From Saccostrea cucullata (Eukaryota): a stretch of 64,000 bases of DNA. Each line of letters begins with the position of its first letter. Positions within the stretch are counted from its first letter, which is position 1. The translations under genes were made by a program, and so were the position numbers. The notes beneath the pieces were generated by a model. That model searched no databases, had not been told where the DNA came from, and saw nothing but the letters and a program-made list of their open reading frames with translations. Below, piece after piece: positions 25,501-40,400 of this stretch. The stretch covers positions 372,001 through 436,000 of the forward strand of contig NW_026936265.1 in NCBI RefSeq assembly GCF_032062105.1, given 5' to 3'.

Positions 25501-27408
25501 ATCAAAAACTTCACCCGACCTAGGCTCGGAATAACACAAGGAAAGATAATCTTAAATCCGAAGGACAAAAGAAAGACCCAGTCAGTAATCCTACTCAGTG
25601 CAATTGTTTTTCTGCAAATAAATTTTATTTTTTATTTAGGAGAGAAACGGGACACCTAGTACGCATTAAAACAGATTTTGTTATCAAAGATAACGAGTTG
25701 ACATCAACTTAACGCAGTTGAACCACCTTGACTGTACTTTGTAGATTTATTGTGCAGTTGACGATGCCATAAGTCGAGTCTAGCAATGGAAAACCTAAAA
25801 TTTACGGCGCCTTTTACCCGATTTCGTATGTGGGATTTTTTTTCTTTCAGCAGAAAGGTGCGAAGTGTAAATACGATACGATTTTCCCGATACTGTCTCC
25901 TGATAAACTCAGCTATATAATTGTTACAACTTTAAACATCTAGGAGTCTGTTTTCAGTCTGGTTAGAAGGCCTACTGTGCGTTCTGAGATAATATCTGAA
26001 TTAATAATATTCAAAAAGTTATAGTCTTCCTGATATCTGAATAATTTATTGCTTATAAATTGTTGATAACATAGTTACACTTAAATTGCTTAATATATAC
26101 ATGTACATTAAACAAAGTTTAAAATGGGTATTTTTATTTGTTTAATAGTTTTCTCCCATTTTAAAAAAAATTATACAGAACACAGTGGACTAAAACAATC
26201 CCCCAAAGCACTGATAAATATTACTGAAGATATTAAGATAATTTTAAAATACATATAATATATATGTATAACCGAGCGGCCCAAATTCCAGTTCTTGCCG
26301 ACAGAATCCCGGTCAAGTCCAGACTTAGTCACCTCTGGGTGTCATTTCTTACGCCTTGGCGGATAAATCTCTAAATCCCCAATCTCCGCTAATTACTCCC
26401 GATATTCCTCCGCGTGCTTCTCGTTCCTAAGTGTCTATCAATGGGTTTAAAAATGTGTTTTTCAATCTGAGTGTCATACACTAGTTATTTGTTTGTTTTA
26501 TTGACATTTTTGTACTTCTATTTGAATTTTATTAAGTTATTCATGAACGGGAAGATTTATGCATTGCACGGAAACAGCGTCTAGTTCATCAAAATCAAAT
26601 TCTAAAGGTTGTAAATTGAATATGATGATCACCGTCTCTTGTCCGTTGCATAATCTGGATTGCACAACGGTAAATAAAAATTCCTTTGATTTTATAATTA
26701 TATTTGCTTTGAACCAGCGGGTAAAAATGTTATCACGTCATCAATAAATAACCGGTGTTAATTATAAGAATTTAGTTTATCTCTGAATTTAACTTTTTTC
26801 TTGAAACTTTAAACTCACGACATTTATTGATAAAATCTGCAACTGTGATGTACACCGAATATTCCAACAGAAAATATGCAAATCAATTTAGGGAATGGGA
26901 TATAAATATTAGACGTACATTTCTAGAGTTTCTGCTGCAATTTTTCCATTCAAGTTGCGTTTTCCAAATATTTTACAAGAAAATAAGAAAATAGCCTTTG
27001 GCCATGTCTCGTGTAATGTATTTTATCTTAATGAACTTTTTTCACTCCGTTGGTTGTGTTTTGCTAGCTTCACACTTTTCCCGTTGTATGAGTGTTTACT
27101 GAAGTCCAGGGTACAGCCTTCTTGTTAAACCCTGGGCAAACCATTGTTTATCCAAACACCAATATTTGTAATGTAATACCAACAGTAAGGTGTTGACGGG
27201 ATCAAGCAAAAATTTCAAACTCATTCAAGAGTTTACACCGCATAAAAGAGAGACTGAAAAAACTGCCCCTCTTTTCGTTAATTCCGGATTAAAACCAAAC
27301 CAATTAGACGAACACATTTTTACTCGAGACGTTGGCAAAGCCTAGGCCTGCTTCGGGTGACTTCTGGATTTCTTAATTCCATTACAATATATCCTTTCAT
27401 TTCTACAG

Positions 27409-27553
27409 GCTGTCTTTAAGAGTGAGCGTTTAGAGAGCAATGATCGACAGGACTATTTGACATGACCTATAGATGAAGAACCCAGTGTGACAATGTGGAG
27501 GATAGAATACCCTTAATTTCGTTCATCTTTGATTCATTTGAAAGCAAAGCAAG
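27409..27553 (+). promoter_or_regulatory. Probable FREM1 5' UTR segment with four short uORFs
   Basis: Acceptor TCCTTTCATTTCTACAG ends at 27408. uORFs at 27440-27460, 27462-27476, 27473-27490 and 27493-27516. Confidence 0.5.
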
Positions 27554-27769
27554 ATGGATTTCGAAGTTTGGATTTTACTGTTGTTTTTCCTAACATCAAA
27601 TGCTCAGATTCTTGTAAGTAAAAAAGAATTATCAGTGAACATAGGACGAAATGTTTTCTTAAGGAAGGACGACTTAGTGTTTGTGGACACCGCAAAGAAG
27701 AGCGAGTGCCGAGTGGAGGTGGTCCAAAACGACCCCATCACCCAGCGAGTCGGACAAGTCCGGCCCATT
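27554..27769 (+). CDS. FREM1: FREM1-like coding exon 1 (signal peptide, start of NV region)
   Basis: MDFEVWILLLFFLTSNAQ...DPITQRVGQVRPI, then donor GTGAGT. Confidence 0.9.
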
Positions 27770-30700
27770 GTGAGTTTTTACCTTTTTGTTTTCAATGACT
27801 GTGTTAATATTTAATTGAAAAACTACAGTTATTATTAATTTAAACATCTAAGGGAAAAAATCAAGTTTAAGATAACTCATTGCAGCTTTTTTAAAAAAAA
27901 ATAAAGGCTGCAAAGGCACAATTCTTCTTAAATTTTTGAGATTTCGAGGAAATGGAAGCCGGGAAGGTTTGAATATTTTTTTGCGTTTAGAAAGGTCAAA
28001 ATCTAATGTAAAAGACAGTATATTGACAAAGATACAAACAGAACAATCGTTCACTTAAGCCAAAGTGTCGCATAAAAATTTCAAAGATTTGATTAATGAT
28101 TGCAATAACTCAATTTGAAGCTTTTTAAATGAAACACATACCACCTTTTACTCGATTCACTAATGTGTTAGGGATCAATTCTAGCGACTCGAGGGTTATC
28201 TATTACGAATACCGTAATTTTGATCCTAATCTCTGTAAGACGTGTGATAATTTTGATTTTATCAACCCAAAATCTGCCGATATCATGCACGTGTATTGTA
28301 CACCAGATGCAAAGGTTATCACCTGGATAGAAAACCGATCCCGTATACAGTAGTACAATGGGGACTTCGATCCCGATTTACATCATTCTAACTTGATGAC
28401 GTTCCTAATGATATTGAAGACAGTGTAATAAGACAGAGAACATAAAGAACCCAATAAAGTTGACAGAAGATTCACAATAATTGTCAGACATCTGCGACAT
28501 TAAGGGTTGTTGTGACCCAACTCAATGTACGCAAAAGTAAACCAGTTCCACAGTTATAATAATGAGCTCTTCTTCCCTTTCATCATCTCTGATAGACAGT
28601 CTTACTTACAGAATGTCACTTTAGAAGGGATATATTAAATTTCCTTTTTTGGGTCATTTCTTTCATACTTTGTATCATTTTCTGTAATTGTCTGTAAATT
28701 GCCTTTCTGGTATCCGTTGTTAATCACCGTGCCTAGTTTTTGTGAGTTATTGAGACAGAGATACAGGGTAGCGTTTGTCTCTCTCTGGAGCAGGTCGTCC
28801 GATTCATGTCTAGAATTCTCTTGGTCGTTTTCTTCACACGCACGTAAATGTCGTCTAAATTGTGTTTTATATTCCGAGGTTGAAAATTAAAACCCAGTAT
28901 TCAAAGTCGGTCTTTGTTTATTTTTCAAATATACCCTGGAGCATCCAAATCGGTTAATAACTCTAATTTACATCAGATATGACTTTCAATATTTTTAATG
29001 TTATCAAAATAAATACTTCAAAATGACTTTGCACTGTTAGAGAATTATCGAATAGCTTATACCAGAAGTTTACACCCTTGCAGTGTATCAACCTTGATCG
29101 CGTTTATTAGAAAAAGAAATGAACAATAGCCAGAATTAAATTGGTGCAAGCCAATGCAATTATATTTTTTACACATGGGCATATGTCTTAATCCTCTTAT
29201 AGAAGAAAATTCTCCGAGTCTTGTTGCAATCTCGTTAACGTTTTTTTGTTGGACATCTCGTTACCGTCTTACATTGCTGGAAGCTTGTAGCAGCCACAGG
29301 TGTTGTTCCATCGCTAGACAAAAAAGTAAGACATCTCATACCGGTCAGACAAGAGAAAAAATCCAATCTCTTTCAAGTCCACCAATAGTTGAAACGAAGG
29401 ATCCAATTTATTTGAGAATTCACGCTCTTGTTTGGAGAAGAGGCTTTCTCTCCTCGGCAGAGATTTTCAATCATACAGAAGAATAGTGAACCTTTTAATT
29501 AAGATATTTCAGAAGTTTGCAGATTTTTCCAATTTTCAGATTTTCCGACTAGATAGGTTGTCGACAGAGCTGTAATAGAATTTTCATGTGTAGAGACCAA
29601 TGTTTTATAAAATAAAAAGCCAGCCATGTTTACCGATTCAAAGCGTGCTTTATTGGTGACATTCCGTAATGGATTGATCTATTGTCTTATAATTGTAATG
29701 ATAATGCAGTGATATTGGATAACAATAACGCAAAAAGCTTTCTGTGAAAATTACATCATTAATTAAACCACTATTCATTAAAATCATTAGAACTGCATAT
29801 TTAGCAATGTAATTGCATTAGTCAGAATTTCGATTTTAAGAGCCCTTTAGATTTGCCTGTATATACCAAAGTCTTGTGTGTTGAAGCAGATTGTTAGTCT
29901 TCCACTTGCAATCGGTGACATCCCAGTATTAGTGAAATATTCTTGAAAGGCCATAAAGCCAAGTCTTTTACTAAGGCAATGTTAATGTTTATGTAAAGTT
30001 ATGGCAGGGAAAAATATTTCTGAGCTTGGTGGCATTTTTGATATGTTTTACAATGAAATATGTATCAAGCTCAAAGTCATTAAACAATACAAATCAGGAG
30101 CAGAGCAAACACGGACCTCTAAAAAACAGCAGCATCCCTTGCGGACCGGACATATCCGCCGTGTGTTCGGTCAAGGATCCTTGTCAAATATACATTTGAA
30201 ACTTCATATTATGTTTAAAAAAAATTTGAAAAGAAAGATAAACTTGTGTGCAAATAACTTAATGCATTTATTTGCATGTTAACCTCTTCTGTGATTTATT
30301 CTGTCATTTCTTACACATGAAGTCTTAAAGTAAAACACAGTTACCCGCTTTCATATCAAGTATATATGAATTATTTAGCATTTAAATTGCAAGAAATGAT
30401 AGTGTTGAACCAGTCTGAAAATATAGCGTTTACCCAGACCATTGCTTAAAAGGCAATAAAACTGCAATAAATTTTCAAAATGCAAGTCGTGATATAGACA
30501 TGATAGACGTAAGACGATTATCACATCAAATTTACAGGATAAAGTGATCCGTAGGACCACAAAGCAGCGCTTCTTCCGACGGATATACAATAAGTAATGT
30601 ATTCTTTGGGTCAAATCCGTATTATTATCCCCGAGTAAAGTAATTCCTTGAGCGATTTGATTCTGCATCGGCTTTTGTGTGATTGTTTATGTTCTTTAAA

Positions 30701-33700
30701 GGGTGATAAATTTTGCGAATTGCTTTGTCACACTGTCCAACCTTATAAACTTTTAATTGTGAAATTTATATGCAATTTAAGCACTTGCGCTGGTCGCCAT
30801 GCAGAGAAACTGCATGAGCTGGATTCTTTTTGTGCCAAAACTCTTATACCTGCTAGTTGTTGTATTTCCTAATATCAGTTTTATAATTTATAATTATAAC
30901 TAATTATTTTTATAATTCGTTGTAGGTTAATACAACAATTGATTACTGAATGTTTACGTTCTAGTTTTATTTTTGATTGTACATATCTTTTCTAATAATC
31001 TCGCAACTTAACGTTGTTTATCTGCAATGACGGAAACCATATTCACTATACCTAACACATACATTACTTCTCACTAAAAATTGCTAAAATTAAAGCTAAA
31101 GCGAACATTAATTCTGGAAACATTTCAAAGCCAAAATGACGCTTTTTTCAATTAGTGTCATCAATGAATAGACTGCACACCTGGCTTGGTGCATGTGTTC
31201 CTGGTCTAGGGGAGTCTGTCATTGAAGGACTCTCCTCGGTAGCTCTACATCTGTAAACTAATTATCACTGTCACTCTAGCTTCTTTCTACACGGCAACTT
31301 GATTTACGACCAGGTAGAAAAATAAATAAGACAATGACCCTGCTTTCTTTTATTTTTGTAAGTCATCATTCTCGGACATAAGGTATACAGACCAACCCCG
31401 TGGCCGTAGAGTAGATGAACCATTTTTTATCTCTCTCCTTCTAGAGTATAGCAATGTAACAATAACTCCACCCACTGACACTGTACTTTTTAGCAAGATT
31501 TCTAAATGCTTTAATTGGTTTTATCTATTTTTTTAAAATTATTGTTCTACCGTGTTTCTTTGCTTTTTTGGCAAAATCCATATAAACCCATTTTTAGCTC
31601 ATCTTTGGGCTAAGGTGAGCTTTTCTGATAAAAAAAAAATGACTGTTTTCTGCTATTGTCGACGTACAGTCTGAACACTCCAGAACCACTGGGAAGTCTG
31701 GGATACTTGTAATTCCTACTTAGCATAGAGTATGGATTCAACAGTTATTCAATATTGATTCGGGTGAACGTTGTGGCCCCTTGGCCTCTTGCTAGAAAAT
31801 GAAATCTAATAACAACACTCCAACCTGGATAAATCAACAGTACGGATTACATAAACGTCTGTCAATTTATCAATTTATTTCTTGGACAACGGTTTGGATG
31901 ATATTCTTCAATTTTTTCATTCAAGTGGATGTTATCTGATATACAGATTTTTTTTTAAATGTGAAGTTGTATTAATGAGAAAAGAATTTAGTATGGACCA
32001 ATGAATGCCTAAGATTCAAAGACTGTAGATTTGCACTAAAATTGAATGTTCTCACCAAGTATAAAATATCTAACAAAATCTAAAAAGAAATTGCTGAACA
32101 GTTTTTCTATATCGATAGAGCCGTATTTCAGAGATATTATCAACATTGATAGGCGCAAACAGGAACCGTTAAATAGCATGTCTATGAAAGATGCTGGTCT
32201 AAAAATTTATGCTTTTTGTGCAATTAGTCTATTTTCTCTCTAATTGTAGGAGCTATAATAATTAAATGGTGCAAAATGCTCAATTAAAAGCAAACATAAT
32301 ATTTTTTGAGTAGAATTTCTGCAATAAGGAGTCTTGTGAAGTTAATGAGTAGAGCCCTTCACGGGGGTATCTGTCGCGCTCTCTCCTGTTACGTATTGAT
32401 GAGGGGCAAATCGGCGCTCTGTTGATGCAAATATCGATAAAACATTTGAAGAACCCATCAAATATTGTATGCTTGACGAATAATTAGAAAAATGAGCGCT
32501 CTAATCAATATGTATCATTTTCTCAGCGGAAAAAGACGATTTTACATTGATTTCTTATTCCTAGAGACTTCAAATAATCTTCCTTCTTCTGGCTCGACTT
32601 AGAGAGGGACACGCTATTCAATGACTTTTGACTTCCGATTGCTTAAGCAGCTTAGGGAATAGTTAGTAAAAAAAATCTAACGAACAATACCCGAGAAAAA
32701 GGAAAGGGCGATAAGTATTTTCATTCAAATCTAGTTTTTCACAATGCTTTATAAATATTTAATTTATTTTTTTTTAAATTTTGGAATTCCCTAATTTAAA
32801 GTCGGTCAAATTGTATCTTTCAATGATACAGGAATGCATTTTCTTTATATGCTAAAGTTATATATTGGGATATAAAAAAGTTGGTAGCGTTTGTCTAACC
32901 GTCTATTTTGAAGACTTCTTATAACTAATAGTCTAACAGTTAAGTGTAAATTATATTTTTCACCAGATAAGCATAGTAAAAAAAAAAAACACTAATATAT
33001 CAAGCTAAATGATCTTTTCATATTCTTGTGTAATTGAAAAGTAGCGATGCATCAAAATATGACGGTATCCAAATAACTGTGACGATATTAATATATAAAA
33101 AAGGTGATTCTCGATCAATAAAAAGGGGTTTGGCAATATTTTTATGAGTTTTGTCGTTATAAAGCTAGATATTAGTATTTAAAAGATGGAATTTAACAGG
33201 GAAAGTGAATTCTTTGTGAGAAAGAAATGAGCCATGAATGATATTATTCAAATCCCCAACGACATACATACATGTTTAAGTGAGTATTCGCCGTGATAAG
33301 TTTGACAAGGACAGGAAACTAATTTTAAATTTAAAAATTATTATTAGAAAGTCATTACATAGTATTTTTGTTCAAGCCTTCATATTAACTGTAGGGATGA
33401 TATAGGCACCCTTCATTGTTGGAATGATACAAGCCCCCTTCAATGCGTGTTAAAAACCGCATGCTCCTAACTACAAATATTTTGATTGACTCTTCACTGT
33501 ACGTAGCACCAGATTTCAAAGGAAAATGCAGATCTTGAGGATATGAATTTTTCTTGTGGAAGAGCTCTTGTAACGCTCGCGCCAACAAGTACGGCGTCTG
33601 CGACGTCATTAACGGTCCACTCAGTTATAAGATCGACAGGCACGAGTTCATTGCCAAGATTAACGCCTATTTTACTTCCAAACTTCAAAGGAAAACAAAT

Positions 33701-34437
33701 TTGAACGACAAATGAGAACATTCCTTACATCTAAATTTATAGGATGACAGAGAGGCATTTTTATAAATTCTTGGCGTTTGAATGACACGTTAATCCGTTT
33801 TTCAATATGGCGGTTCAGATACTTGTGTCAGTAGATGACACGAATCAAGTACGCCTCGGTGGCTGCCAATCGGGGTGGTCAATTTCAAAACCAGGGGACG
33901 CTGGGAACCAGATATATCCTGTCGGATTGCTGTCTTCCTTCACTGCTATACACGTTCTATGCTTTTCATATCTTTACACAGCAACGAAATAAAACCCAAT
34001 AAAAAAAAATTCCCCTTCCCCAATTCGTTGTCTTTGAGTAGGAGATTGTTCTCAAGATAATTGCGATCTATACCTCTACTAAGTTTGTAATATTTATTTA
34101 GTCTGTTAATGAAATGGAAAATTTGATATTAATTAAGAGAGCTGCAATTCACACAAGGGTACAGATCGTGCTTGTTCCAACTTCTGCAACATGCACTTCG
34201 TCATCACCCAGCGTTAACAAACGATGTATCTCACCTATTTGAGTGCTACGCCGTTTAGAATGTCAGAGAAAGCATTTGGAAAACTAAAAGGGGGCGTTCG
34301 AATGGTCATTATCGACAGACGCAGTGCTTATCAGAAATGCCCCATTAGCAATTGTGAAAAAAGACACCTACCAACTATCACAAATATGTCTGTTCAATAT
34401 TCCAAGTCGTTTAACATGCGTTTTCAACATTTCTTGA

Positions 34438-34491
<54 letters not shown>

Positions 34492-37400
34492 TACTGCAAA
34501 AGAAGATTTTTTGCTTTTGTAAAACGCATTTCTTATCATTTCAACATGTTCCGTGTCATCTATAAATTATCTCATTCGTTTCAAGTGTTCTTAAATCCAT
34601 GTTTTTCCAAATTCCAAACATTCCCCCAGGAAAATATTTGAAGATTTTTTTTTCAAAGTGTAATTATTTTCATCACTTTTCGTTTGTTATCTTTTTGTTA
34701 TTCATGCGGAAATACAAACATAATATTGTTAAAGAGCAACACCTGGTCCTTCACAATGCTAGCATTTGTTGTTAACCCTTAGTAAATCAGACAAAAATCT
34801 TCAAGGTATTAAAAAAGAAAAGGCTAAATTAAAAAAAACTATATTTCATACGCGGGGAATAATTCGTAGATATACTTATCCATAATACAATGAATAAAAA
34901 CGTGTAATTAGTACTACATAAGCAAATGAAAGAAGCACAGCCCTGAATTATTAATTTGCATGTGTATCTGAAGCCTGTTTTACGTCAAATAAGTTAACCA
35001 TATTTAATCTTTGCTTCTATTATAGATTTTGTATACAATTTACATGTGGATGTTTTTTTTCATTCTTTACGGGGTAAATCTGATAATCAGTTTAAAAGAA
35101 TTAACCCACAGAAATATCAAAACGCGATCTTTCTGTATTTATTTTCAGAATATTAATTATATGTCGTCATATATCAATATATGTGTGTTAATTTCTCATT
35201 CATATATAACTTTTAAAAATACGTGTAGTTTTAGTTTTGCCCGTGCCTAGTACCAAAGCTAAAGCCCCAAATAAAATAGATTCAAGGGAAAGAAAACAGC
35301 CGTCACAATTCTCATTTGAAAATTCGGAAAAAGAAACATCTGTTTTGAGATTTTTTTTTCCCAGTGTCATTCAACATTTCTCAATGATTTTTCCAGTGTC
35401 ATCATATAAATTTCTAACTGAATTTTCTGTTACAAGTGTTTTGAATACTGTTATACATTCCCTGACCACCGAGCCGACTTTAACACTATTTGATCATAAA
35501 CATCCTTTCATTTCGTCTCGTCTTATTGCTATTTACCCTTTATTAGAATTTGATGGCAAAGAAACGCTTAACATTTGCTTAAAATTCTTTTCATTCTAGA
35601 AAAAGAGACTAAGTGTCAATGGGTTTTTTAGAAATGGAGTTAGATGAATGGGTCATAGGAAAATTGAGGAGAATTTTACTATTTTTGATGGACACGCACG
35701 GGTTTTACTCCATTTCAAGGGTCGGTGAAGTTTTGTAAATAATTTTCAAACATTTACAATAGCTGTTCTATTTTGAATAACGTGAAGTGTTTATTTGGTA
35801 ACTCAGTATGTACCTATTAAAGCTCCACATGCACTAATGTTTGGTTGCACGTGATGTGAGCAAAACCAGCAAACGGTGTTATACGTGTAATTACATAGAC
35901 CATGGCATTTTAAATTAACCTTATAAAGAAAACAAGAAGAATTTGCCGTTATCACGAGAGTCACTTCTGAAACATGTTAGGAACTATGTTTGCCTTCAGG
36001 TCTTCAATTCTCAAGTTGAACATATGTTTTGGTTTAAAGTCACAGTTATAAAAATAAAATTTTTTAATTAACAATATTATTACTTTTTACAATTAGAATT
36101 GCAAGACATAATGATGATTAGATATTGCAAAAGTAAAAACATGACCAATACTTGAAGTTTAATGACTGATAGCTGCAGAACTGTAGCTCTCTGCTTGAGA
36201 AAATTTGGACAGATAAAGCAGAGAGCTACAGATCCAAGCGTTGTAAAAACCTTCGATTTACGCCGACGATTTTTTGTCGCTACTTTAGGTATTTATTTCG
36301 TGTAGTTTAAGCTTTCTCTGGCTTTTGGAATGGTATCCTAATAATAATTCATATATTTAACTCTTATATTTGATACTTTGTCTACCTTTTAACGATCCGA
36401 AACAGTCCTGTTTATAGTTTTATAATGTCGGTTCAAAAGAGTTCCATTTCGACGTCCGTAACCACAAACATCCATTTGTAAGCTGTTGAAAGGTTAGTAA
36501 ATGATCAGGAATTGAAGTTGAATGTATGATTAATTATCAAATACCATTTAGAATGAATTTCAAACCTGGGAAAGTAAAAAATACACAAAAATACCCATTG
36601 TGATCGACAAAAAATCGTCGCCGAAAATCGTCGGTTTTTACAACGCTTGGATCTGTTGCTCTCTGCTGTATCTGTCCGAATTTTCTCAAACAGAGAGCTA
36701 CAATTCTGCAGCTTAACGACTGAATACTTATCAGCAACATTAAAAGCTACACTTTTAGGCATCCCTATCATTAGCTACCAAACAAGGGGAAAAAAAAACT
36801 TTCGAAAATATTATAAAAACTGAAAGAAGAAATGAATGCATAACTCAAAATCAAGGTGCTTCAGTACAATGGTTTTATCAACCTTTGAACATCCACACAT
36901 TTTACATTTCTATGTCGTATTAGATCATAGAACCAGAATCCATCGGCTTTTCCACCAACCACAATTGTGAAGCACGCATTTTATCAAAGATCCCTCTGTT
37001 TTCAAAATTTAATACATTCTTATTCAGTGTAAATTTACACTTAATTCTGAACACCTGGTCTGTTTGAGCGTCTATTGTTGCAACTGGGTTTGGGCCGTTA
37101 ATGAGACAATCTCTTCTCACTAGGTCGAATGTCTTCGTTTCGCTGTGTCAACCTTGTATAGACCTGGATTTAAGCTAAGTGGGTCTCGGCGGCCGGGTAC
37201 TTATCAAGCTTGTTAATTCTTCACATCAAATTGAAATTTAAATGTTCAATGCCGTAATTTAATAATCAACAACCCCTTGTTTAATTTTCGTGTAGAAGCC
37301 ACGAGCTGTGGGGATTACGTCTTCCACCGACTGAAGTTAAAGCAACTATTTATTCTTCGCACCTTTAATAGTATACATTACCAATTATATTCCGAATCTA

Positions 37401-40400
37401 AGAAACAGGAATTGTCGATCTTTATCGAGAAATATTTAACTTGGAAATTGTTAATCATTCAGTAAATGTTTACTATTAAATCCATAGAAGAGAGGACCAC
37501 ACAAAAACTCGCCCCAAAGACCACTTCAGCCAACAGCCTGGCTTTCATTATGGTTATTGATAGACGTACATGTGTGGAATTTCTGTGTGTCGGCTCCTTA
37601 TAAGTATATCTTCACTGAGATTTGAATATCTTCATTCAATGAATCCACATTTACATCGAAATTTGAGAATCTTATCAAGCATTATTAAGGCTTTTAATTT
37701 CTCGGATAAGATGCAAGCCTAGTATATATTTCCTTTAAACGTACTTGTGGAAAACCACAAATACCTGTATTTGACGAAATTACATTTGTATTTTAGATTT
37801 AAATACAATTAAACATATCTGTAGGCAGAATTCAGATAATAACGTGTATTTGTGGTTATAAAGAAGCATAAAGTTTCTAAACAATTGAAATGAATTTATA
37901 CGTCTACACCTACTTTTAAAAAATATCATTTTAAAGAACAATAAGACATTGAAATTTCCTGATAGTGGGCCATTATTCGAGTGATGGAAGTCAGGAAAGA
38001 ATGGACCATATCTTGTACTCTGGGTTATTTCGTTCTTATCCAATATACATTAATGTAAATGAAGATTTTCCTTTATTCTCTGTTTAAACTATGTAACTAC
38101 TGATTGACAAAAAATTAAAATTAAATCATTTTCACTAAACATCTTAAAATTCTTTCCAGTTCAAAATATTCTCTCTCTTAAAACAACTTTGAATAATATT
38201 ATGTTTCATAATGACCTATCACTTTTTGGGTCATATCCCTTGTTGAAATGAAATAACAATCCCTCATGGCTCAATTACCGTTTATGCTAAATTTATAGCC
38301 TTCCACTTTCCTCCTTCAATGATTAGCGTAACATTATGAACGTAATCAAACAAAATTCACCAGAAGACAAAAATTAAAATCGCCAATTGCCAAAGAATTA
38401 CATTGTAGCAAATTGACCATTGTTCCCCAAAGTTAAATTTTGTGTCGATATATCATTTCGCGAATTAGCAAAATATGGATTCTCCTGAAATTGTTGAGAT
38501 CTCTCAGTATTTGTTTTACATCACCTCGGGAAATAAGTCTGATCTTGGGGAATCCAAATCTGCCTTACTGCCTCAGTGATATGCACATTACATGTACCTG
38601 TATAATAATATCAATGGATGTATAATTGTTAAGGGCATTGACAGACAACTTGCAATAATTGAATCCAAACTTTTGTTCCGTTAATTACTTGGTGCTTTTT
38701 AATGACGAAACATGCCATATATTTGAAATATGTTTTATATTATTACAATGTATTAAATTCACTAAATTGGCAAGGAAATTAAAATATCATATATATCAGA
38801 TATATCAAATTTTCTAAAAGATTATTACTTCAATTCATATCGGTGATTTGTTAATAAAAATAAAATATTTCGGTACAATTTACTCCAAAGGACCTATAAA
38901 CCAATGAAGAATTTATTTTAAAATTTATGATGATAATATCTGTTCTGTATCTTTTGCACGTCCATGACGATAGTGTATATAAATTGTCAAGTTCAAAGAT
39001 GTAAATTTTCACGTATCTGATGCGTTTACCAGCACTTTGGTATATATAAATTTGTGTATTTCAGAGTCAAAAAATTACTACATGTTGTTATTTCTCAGTC
39101 AATAGATAAAATATAATCCATGTTCAAATAATAAATATTGCTTATCACATTGTGTTACGACGGTTCATAGACAAGACTTGAAGGTGACCACCTCGAAGTT
39201 TAGTTTGTCAGAAATGTTTCACCTGGGGAATTCAAAAATTTGGAATGTAGATATACCTGTTAGGAAGAAAGTCTACATTGTAATTTATAACGTTCTTTTA
39301 AAAAGTAACTGGGCGCGCACTCTTATGCGTGGACCGCCTTACATCATTTATACTGTACAACGTCTTTGATAATACCGGTATTACTACGCTGGTCGCAAAG
39401 AGTTCCTTCAGCATCGTGGTTTCTATCTATGAAAAAAAAATCACTTAAACTTTTAATAAAAAGGACCCATACCAATTCATTGAATAAACATGAAAACTGT
39501 TAAGAATAGAAATTAATTTAGTGAATAATTTATTTCTATCAGATAGAAATGAAAACTGTTTGATCGCGATATGGTTACAGGGATTTGAACGGGGAGCATT
39601 TCATTTATGACATGGGTTATTGAAAGACTGATGCAATAAAAACCTATAAATTTACATTCTCCCATTTTTTAAATATTTATGTGTCTATCCACGTACGTTA
39701 GGATGGTAAATAAGACGACTGTAGAAAAAGACGAGACCATGAAAGAATTTTTTTCTTCAAAATCAACACCAAAAAGTCTGTCACAAAAAATATTTTCTAC
39801 GCTTGAACTGTCCATATTTTATCAAGAAATATTTATTAAACTATCCATGGCTATAAAAGAAGGGAGAAATCCTCCACACATAGCATCCTTTGTTGTTGTT
39901 TAATTATATCCTTTGAGTTTCTTTACCGTAAAATCAATACCCATATTTCACATAGTTTTGGTTGAAACTAGAACCCCTGCATGGGGATACAGAAGTGTAC
40001 AGATGTATAAAAGTATTTATCATTGCATATTATCTATAGATAAATCATACAATAATTTGATACATTCAAAGCTGAGGCGATCTGCGAGTCCGAATTGCTC
40101 TAAAAATGAGGGACACCTGTTGTTACCCAGGTCGATTTTTCTGTACTTTATTTCACCTGGCACGCTAAGTCCGTATTTCTGATTTGCAGACAATAATTGC
40201 AGTCTTACAAACTGCATTTTAACCGCATAATTGTAGTTCAGATAATGATAAGCCAGCTTTAACATCATTATTGTACCTGTGCGAACTAATTTTAAAGGGG
40301 CATGAGTGGTATTAAAACGAACATCATGTAGAACAATTTTCCTTTAAACAATTCTCTTTTCAAATTAAGTTTAAGTTTTTCCAGTTAAATATTTAATTAA

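Noticed and set aside
26270-26440. GC/CpG-richer patch as the FREM1 promoter or non-coding first exon
   Set aside because: The position is plausible, but there is no convincing donor or core promoter motif; it cannot be supported without transcript data.
33380-33990. GC-richer intronic block with short ORFs on both strands (nested gene or enhancer?)
   Set aside because: No splice-consistent model or domain; an enhancer role cannot be tested from sequence alone.
34224-34565. 113-aa ORF with an LSLSLS tract
   Set aside because: A product of the (CT)n microsatellite in FREM1 intron 1.
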